Shown here piece after piece: positions 58,503 to 64,000 of a stretch of 64,000 nucleotides of DNA. Origin of the DNA: Pseudomonadota bacterium (GTDB lineage: Bacteria > SZUA-182 > DTGQ01); NCBI GenBank assembly GCA_030625085.1, contig DAOURK010000008.1, positions 2,024 through 66,023 on the forward strand. Reading direction: 5' to 3'. The translations under genes were made by a program, and so were the position numbers. Every line of letters begins with the position of its first letter. Positions within the stretch are counted from its first letter, which is position 1. Below the pieces are notes generated by a model. That model was not told where the DNA came from. It ran no database searches and worked only from the letters and a program-made list of their open reading frames with translations.

Positions 58503-59534
58503 TCATTCCTTTAAAGCCAATTCTTTGATACTAATGCCGAATTTATTAAGCCATTGATAAAACTGTTTATTATTAATTTTTTTGGTTTTTTGAATAATTT
58601 TGCGTTTTTTTATCATCCTTGGAATCCCTAACAAGGCTTCCAAATTGGCTATTAACAATATCTTTATAAGCTGGGCTTTTGAAAATTCTTCTGTAAATTT
58701 TCCAGCAGCGCCTTTGCCGCATAAAGCGCCATAAGCCTGATATATATATCTAATTAAAGCGAAAAAGGGATTTAACAAAAGAAGGGGAAAGGGAAACAGC
58801 TTAACTGCCACCCATATCCGATTTCTTTCTACCAGTTTTGCTTTGAGGGGGGTGTATTTGCCCGCTGTGGCGGAATACATATGATATACAATAGCAGTTG
58901 GGATATAGAGGCATTGCCAATCCAGGAAACGACAACGCAGCCCCAACTCTGTATCATCACCATAGAGAAAAAAATCTTCATCAAAGGGGCCGGCTTCATC
59001 AATCGCTTCTTTACGATAAAAGGCAGCACATCCGCTGGGATAAAAGGCCTCTGCTATTTTATTATATTGCCCCTTATCCGGCTCCAATCTTCCTTTTCCT
59101 CTATTTAATCCATCATAATATAATAAATGCCCAATATTATCAATCATTTGGCGATCAAAATAAGATAATATCTTTGTTGCGCACATGCCCACTTTCGGGC
59201 TTTTGTTAATCCCTTTATATAATTCGGCTACACAATTAATATCCAGTTCCGTGTCATTATTTAATATAAATATATAGTTACCTCTGGCCGTCTTAATCCC
59301 GATATTGTTTCCCCCTCCGAATCCGAGATTTTTACTATTTTTGATTAATTTTACTTCAGGAAAATTTTTAGAGATGAAATCTGCAGAATCATCTGTAGAG
59401 CCATTATCCACAACAATAGTTTCAATATTGGGATATGATTGTTTCCTAATAGAAGGGAGACATACTTCCAGATATTTTCTGCCGTTCATATTAAGTGTGA
59501 TTATTGAAACCAAGGGTTGATTTAGTAATTTCAC
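58503..59534 (-). CDS. Glycosyltransferase family 2 (GT-A).
   Basis: SIITLNMNGRKYLEVCLPSIRKQSYPNIETIVVDNGSTDDS, with DxD-type motifs. Confidence 0.75.
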   Translation of the reverse strand: MKLLNQPLVSIITLNMNGRKYLEVCLPSIRKQSYPNIETIVVDNGSTDDSADFISKNFPEVKLIKNSKNLGFGGGNNIGIKTARGNYIFILNNDTELDINCVAELYKGINKSPKVGMCATKILSYFDRQMIDNIGHLLYYDGLNRGKGRLEPDKGQYNKIAEAFYPSGCAAFYRKEAIDEAGPFDEDFFLYGDDTELGLRCRFLDWQCLYIPTAIVYHMYSATAGKYTPLKAKLVERNRIWVAVKLFPFPLLLLNPFFALIRYIYQAYGALCGKGAAGKFTEEFSKAQLIKILLIANLEALLGIPRMIKKRKIIQKTKKINNKQFYQWLNKFGISIKELALKE

Positions 59535-59897
59535 ATCATTATTTTCTATATTTTTTTAGGTATGTTCATTTGTTAACTTTAATTATGGGGATGTAAGCGA
59601 GTCAAAGCATTAACTATTTATTTGACCAAGGGAAAAAATCCTTTAGTAATTATATTGATAACACTTGATAAAATAACAAATTGCCCGCTGAAAGGCAAGT
59701 TGAAAGTATGGTTTCCAGATGATAAGGGCAAAGCTGAAATGAAAACTGCCTGCTAAAATAGATAGAATGCTTAAACCCATTTTTAAATTGATTTTTTCTT
59801 CCCATTTAGATACACTGACCTTGCTATTCATCAACTATCTCATATATTTATTAATGCTTTTTGTATAATTATCTATAGGAGCAAAGGAAAGCCAAAT

Positions 59898-62060
59898 TTG
59901 ATTAAAAAGAGAAAATTAAAGGCTTATGAACTGATTGCTGTTTCCGCCTTTATTTTAATGCTGCTGGCCTACAGTCTTCATCATATTTCCAACCTTGACT
60001 TCTGGCTTCATTTAAAGGCTGGGGAATGTATGGTCAAGGAGCTGAATATTATCAAGACCAATACCTTTTCCTATATTGCTGCTGATAATCCGTGGACCAA
60101 TGTCTACTGGCTATTCCAGGGCTTGATTTATATAATTTACTACCTGGGTGGTTTTGCAGGCTTGATTCTCTTTAAGGCTTTTATACTGCTTGTATCCTTC
60201 CTCTTCCTTTTTAAAACCATGAACCCGGAGGGCAATAAAAAATATCTTCTCTCTTTGTTCTGTCTTATACCGGCTGTCCTTGTAGCCAATGAAAGGTTTA
60301 TCATCAGGCCGGAATTGATGAGTTTGTTTTTTATCTGCCTTTATATCCATATCCTTTATAGATACCAAAAAGAGAATACCCGTTTGATTTACCTTTTGCC
60401 TTTCTTACAGATAATCTGGGCCAATATGCACGGGCTGGCTGTAATCGGAATTGGTTTGATCGGATTGTTTTTAGCAGGTGAATTGTTTACCTGGTTATGT
60501 CCCTTGCCCTTCAAATGGAAAGAAAGAAAAACAAATAGGGGGAAAAATTGCGGCCGCCTTTTTCTTGTCGGCGTCTTGGCGGCATTGGCTAGTCTGGTTA
60601 ATCCTTTCGGCACCAGGATAATTTCTCTTTACCTTGGTTTGCCGAAGGCCTTAATGGCTTCAGGTGCCGGTAGTGGCGGCTTTACCATGCCCCAGGTTAT
60701 TGAACTGCTGCCCCCATTAAAGGAAAATTTTTTATTTCCTACGCAAGTTGTTTTCTATTTTAAGATATTGCTTATCATCTCAGGCCTTAGTTTCCTTCTA
60801 AATATAAAAAAGATAAAACTTACTGATGTATTCATCTTTCTTTCTTTCCTTTATCTGGCCTTGCAGGCCAGGAGAAATCTACCTTTTTTTGCTGTTATCG
60901 CCGCAGTTATCATGTTTTTTAATCTGGCCGGTTTTTGGGAAGAGATTCATCCCCGGATGACATCTTTTTTTAAAGATAAGGCCAAGCTAAAAAAGGCCGC
61001 TTTTATCGGCTGTTATTTATTTATTACAGCAGCAATGCTGATATTTGCCTATGATGCCGCTTCAAACAGATATCATCTGCGTGATCGAAGCAACAAAAGG
61101 TTCGGGTTAGATATATCCCGAATCACCTATCCGGTAAAGGCCGTTGATTTTATTGAGGAACATCATCTTTCAGGCAATATGTTCAATAACATTGGAATAG
61201 GGGATTATCTTACCTTCAGGCTTTATCCGCAGCAGCGGGTTTTTCTGGATGGCCGTTTCGATATGGGAGGGAACAGCTTTTTATACCAATATGGCTCTCC
61301 TAAGCTATGGCCAATGTTAGTCAAAAGGTTTAATCTCAATTTTGCCGTCATAGAATATGGTTGGACACCCGGCGCCGGCGATTTAATGAAAAAATTATAT
61401 TATGATCCTGATTGGGCCATGATTTATTATGATGAGATTGCAGTCATTTATCTGAAAAATACTCCTGAAAATAAAGCACTCATAACCAAATTCAACATAG
61501 ATCTTTCTCAAGAAAAATCGCCAAAGGAAATTTCATCTCTTGATAATGGAGGTGGAGTATTGCAGAAGTTGTATTATAATTTGGTGCGGCCCAGGGATAT
61601 CCCTGTGGGCAGATTGCACCTGGGAAACTTTTATGCAATATTCAGCCTGTATGATAGGGCCATAGCCCAATATCAGCAATGTCTGGAAACAGCACCCGAT
61701 TATTTTGAGGCGCATTACAGATTAGGTGACGTTTTGCAAAAAATGAAACAATTTGAAAAGGCTGTTCATCCATATAATCAATGTATAAAAATCAAGCCGA
61801 ATTTTGCACAAGGTTATGCAGGGTTAGGTGATGTTTACTATTCTTTGCGCAACCTCCGGAAGGCCAAAAGTTATTATAAAACGGCCTTAAACATCAAACC
61901 GAAGCTTACCTCGGCCCATCAAAACCTTGGCTTTATATACATCCAGGAGGGTAAATACCGGGAAGCTGTGGCCGAATTTGAGTCGATTCTAAAAATAGAG
62001 CCGGACAATAAAATGGTGGCAAGGATTTATAATATTTATAAAAAAAAGCTAAGTGAATAG
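59898..62060 (+). CDS. Polytopic membrane protein with a C-terminal TPR domain, a GT-C-like TMTC/PMT-type glycosyltransferase candidate.
   Basis: TTG start with a GGAAAG RBS. About 11 TM helices occupy the first ~400 aa. Four or more TPR repeats follow (AHYRLGDVLQKMKQFEKAV, GYAGLGDVYYSLRNLRKAKSYY, AHQNLGFIYIQEGKYREAV). Confidence 0.55.
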   Translation: MIKKRKLKAYELIAVSAFILMLLAYSLHHISNLDFWLHLKAGECMVKELNIIKTNTFSYIAADNPWTNVYWLFQGLIYIIYYLGGFAGLILFKAFILLVSFLFLFKTMNPEGNKKYLLSLFCLIPAVLVANERFIIRPELMSLFFICLYIHILYRYQKENTRLIYLLPFLQIIWANMHGLAVIGIGLIGLFLAGELFTWLCPLPFKWKERKTNRGKNCGRLFLVGVLAALASLVNPFGTRIISLYLGLPKALMASGAGSGGFTMPQVIELLPPLKENFLFPTQVVFYFKILLIISGLSFLLNIKKIKLTDVFIFLSFLYLALQARRNLPFFAVIAAVIMFFNLAGFWEEIHPRMTSFFKDKAKLKKAAFIGCYLFITAAMLIFAYDAASNRYHLRDRSNKRFGLDISRITYPVKAVDFIEEHHLSGNMFNNIGIGDYLTFRLYPQQRVFLDGRFDMGGNSFLYQYGSPKLWPMLVKRFNLNFAVIEYGWTPGAGDLMKKLYYDPDWAMIYYDEIAVIYLKNTPENKALITKFNIDLSQEKSPKEISSLDNGGGVLQKLYYNLVRPRDIPVGRLHLGNFYAIFSLYDRAIAQYQQCLETAPDYFEAHYRLGDVLQKMKQFEKAVHPYNQCIKIKPNFAQGYAGLGDVYYSLRNLRKAKSYYKTALNIKPKLTSAHQNLGFIYIQEGKYREAVAEFESILKIEPDNKMVARIYNIYKKKLSE

Positions 62061-62078
62061 TTTTCGCCAATACAATAT

Positions 62079-62813
62079 ATGAACAGGATCTTAACAATAA
62101 TTCCAGCTTATAATGAAGAAGAGAATATATCTAAGGTTATCGCCGAGATAAAAAATTATTGCCGGCAGACAGATATTATTGTTATTAATGATGGATCAGA
62201 AGATAAAACAGGCGACGTGGCCACATCTGCCGGGGCAGTAGTGATTGATTTGCCCTATAATATGGGCTATGGCGCCGCCTTGCAGACGGGGTTTAAATAT
62301 GCCTTAAGAAATAATTACCAATATGTTGTCCAGATAGATGGGGACGGACAGCATGAACCGGCGGATATTCCCCGGTTATTGGGTCCGGTGTTTTCAGGCG
62401 AAGCCGATGTGGTTGTCGGCTCACGATTTTTAGTTGCTAATAAATATAAGGCCCCCTTCTTCAGGAAGGTGGGCATGAAGATTTTTAGTTTTTTGGCTTC
62501 CATAATAACCAGGCGTAAGATTACAGACCCTACCTCGGGTTATCAGGCTTTAAATATTAATGGCCTTGAATTTTATGCCGGCGAATATTATCCGGCGGAT
62601 TTTCCTGACGCGGATGTAATTATTATGCTTCATCGGGTGGGACTGAAAGTGAAAGAAGTGCCGGTAGTGATGTATCAGCACCTCAGCAACAAATCCATGC
62701 ATGCGGGCCTAAAGCCGGTTTATTATATTTTTAAAATGTTTTTATCCATCTTTCTCACCTTATTGAGAAAGGATACCTTTGAAAAAAAGGTGGTAATGCC
62801 TGGTCAATTATAG
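62079..62813 (+). CDS. GT2 polyprenyl-phosphate sugar synthase (Dpm1/GtrB-like).
   Basis: LTIIPAYNEEENISKVIAEI...IIVINDGSEDKTGDVA...VVQIDGDGQHEP is the pattern I recall for dolichyl/undecaprenyl-phosphate mannose/glucose synthases. It is a 244-aa soluble GT-A domain. Confidence 0.7.
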   Translation: MNRILTIIPAYNEEENISKVIAEIKNYCRQTDIIVINDGSEDKTGDVATSAGAVVIDLPYNMGYGAALQTGFKYALRNNYQYVVQIDGDGQHEPADIPRLLGPVFSGEADVVVGSRFLVANKYKAPFFRKVGMKIFSFLASIITRRKITDPTSGYQALNINGLEFYAGEYYPADFPDADVIIMLHRVGLKVKEVPVVMYQHLSNKSMHAGLKPVYYIFKMFLSIFLTLLRKDTFEKKVVMPGQL

Positions 62814-62889
62814 GAGGGAGTAATCAGCGGCAGGCAGGCGGCCGTAAACGAACAGATGAAAGTTTTATTATATGGGAGGTTAAAAAAAA

Positions 62890-63252
62890 ATGCTTTTTAA
62901 ACAGAAAATATTTGCCCTTTTGATGCTTTTGGCTATTATTACCATTATTATTGAACTGGTGCGAAGAAGAAAATTACTGGAGGAATATTCCTGGTTATGG
63001 ATTCTGACCGGAACTGTTGTGGCCGTGCTTGTTGTCTGGTATGATCCCCTGGTTTTCATAAGCAAACTAATTGGCGCTGTTCTGCCGACTACAACTCTTT
63101 TTATATTCGGAATTATCTTTTTGTTGTTAATCTCTCTTCATTATTCAATTAAAATCTCAACACTTACTAATCAGGTAAAAAAACTTGCCCAGGAGTTAGC
63201 CATCCTGGACCAGGAATTAAGAGAGCAGGTCAGGGGTAATTCTGATGTTTAA
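62890..63252 (+). CDS. Small membrane protein with 3 TM helices and a C-terminal coiled coil, a DUF2304-like GT2 companion.
   Basis: Hydrophobic helices followed by LTNQVKKLAQELAILDQELREQVRG. Confidence 0.4.
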   Translation: MLFKQKIFALLMLLAIITIIIELVRRRKLLEEYSWLWILTGTVVAVLVVWYDPLVFISKLIGAVLPTTTLFIFGIIFLLLISLHYSIKISTLTNQVKKLAQELAILDQELREQVRGNSDV

Positions 63253-64000
63253 GGCAATCTCCATGCTTTCGGAAAGGAAAAAAAATGTGCTGGCGGTTAT
63301 GTTGATAACTGCTTTGGCTTTTATTATTTATTCCAACAGCTTTGATTGTTCCTTCCATTTTGACGATCAGCACAGCATAGTAGAAAATTACCGCATACAA
63401 AGGTTTGACCTTAAAAAAATACTTCACACTAACAGACCGGTGCTCGAACTTACGCTGGCTGCAAACTATTATTTTGGAAAACTTAACGTTTTCGGCTATC
63501 ATCTGGTCAATCTTTTGTTACATATTTTTAATGGGATAATGGTCTATTTTATTCTGCTTTACACCTTAAAATCCCCGGTATTTTCAAAGGAGAAAAAGGT
63601 TAAATATGGGAGAGTGTCGATTTATGCGGCCCTGATTTTTATTGCCCACCCCATTCAAACTGAATCTGTTACTTATATCATAAGCAGATCTTCCGTATTA
63701 GCCACCTTTTTCTATCTTCTGACTCTTTTATTCTTTATTATGGCGCATCGTTTTGAGAAAGGTAAATCCGGCTACAGGAGATTTATGTTATATGCCGGCT
63801 GTATTATAGCTTCTATTCTCGGGATGGGGACAAAACCCATTGCAGCAACCTTACCGATAATGGTTATATTGTATGATTTTTATTTTGTTGCTGATGGGGA
63901 TATTAAAAAGACTGCCGGACGGTATAAATTTTATCTGCTGTTATTGCTCACAGTGTTTGTAGCCATTCATATTAATGTTCACGGACTCAATAAAAGCCTT
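63245..64000 (+). CDS. Second TMTC/PMT-like membrane glycosyltransferase, with only its N-terminal part in the window; the gene runs off the end.
   Basis: ATG at 63245 overlaps the stop of the previous gene. The N-terminus reads MFKAISMLSERKKNVLAVMLITALAFIIYSNSFDCSFHFDDQHSIVEN..., carrying the FHFDD(Q)..I.EN signature of bacterial TMTC-type (DUF1736) proteins, then multiple TM helices. Confidence 0.55.
   Translation, partial: MFKAISMLSERKKNVLAVMLITALAFIIYSNSFDCSFHFDDQHSIVENYRIQRFDLKKILHTNRPVLELTLAANYYFGKLNVFGYHLVNLLLHIFNGIMVYFILLYTLKSPVFSKEKKVKYGRVSIYAALIFIAHPIQTESVTYIISRSSVLATFFYLLTLLFFIMAHRFEKGKSGYRRFMLYAGCIIASILGMGTKPIAATLPIMVILYDFYFVADGDIKKTAGRYKFYLLLLLTVFVAIHINVHGLNKSL

Noticed and set aside
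1-64000. CRISPR arrays, rRNA genes, integrases or transposases.
   Set aside because: No regularly spaced identical repeats with unique spacers were found. No transposase or integrase-like ORF is present. The only mobile-type signatures are small palindromic repeats, the GxxExxY remnant and the direct repeats at 57.5/58.1 kb.

Overview
The window is an AT-rich segment of an anaerobic Gram-negative genome. The Gram-negative call rests on lipobox signals, a C-terminal-Phe beta-barrel and a SurA-like chaperone. The lineage cannot be assigned from sequence alone; Desulfobacterota-like is only a guess. Roughly 40 kb is a very large extracellular-electron-transfer (EET) island with at least 13 c-type cytochrome genes. 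By my count of CxxCH/CxxxCH/CxxxxCH motifs these carry about 150 heme-binding sites.

The island contains:
- a membrane MHC / cytochrome-b / triheme-c module at 0.5-3.4 kb;
- a 28-heme modular cytochrome, a 26-heme, a 16-heme, a 14-heme, an 8-heme and a 5-heme cytochrome;
- a 1768-aa cytochrome-FN3-Ig fusion next to an outer-membrane beta-barrel;
- a SurA-like PPIase;
- a YVTN beta-propeller lipoprotein;
- three tandem paralogous lipoproteins.

The most striking feature is an alternating array of NHL-repeat beta-propeller genes and 6-7-heme cytochromes. By motif these cytochromes look like members of the OmcS nanowire-cytochrome family: signal peptide, then C-x-x-CHTMH, an internal CLSCHRAH(A/G)S, and a CxxCH at the extreme C-terminus. 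This call rests on my recollection of the OmcS sequence and no alignment was run. There are four full copies with NHL partners, one truncated NHL duplicate and a sixth NHL gene in front of the 28-heme cytochrome. This recurrent pairing looks like an undescribed module.

Downstream at 39.5-42.6 kb lie four paralogous membrane-anchored TPR proteins. A surface-glycan locus follows at 43-64 kb. It contains an LtaS/EptA-like transferase, a B12-radical-SAM enzyme, GT4 and GT2 glycosyltransferases, methyltransferases, a pyruvyl transferase with its FrhB-like partner, a Wzx-like flippase, an asnB pseudogene fragment, and a Dpm1-like polyprenyl-P-sugar synthase flanked by two TMTC/PMT-like TPR-fused membrane glycosyltransferases.

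Several small repeated palindromic elements, a 38-bp perfect palindrome, a clean bidirectional rho-independent terminator, a GxxExxY-family gene remnant and an unexplained GC-rich island flanked by 41-bp direct repeats are also present. No rRNA, tRNA or CRISPR was seen.
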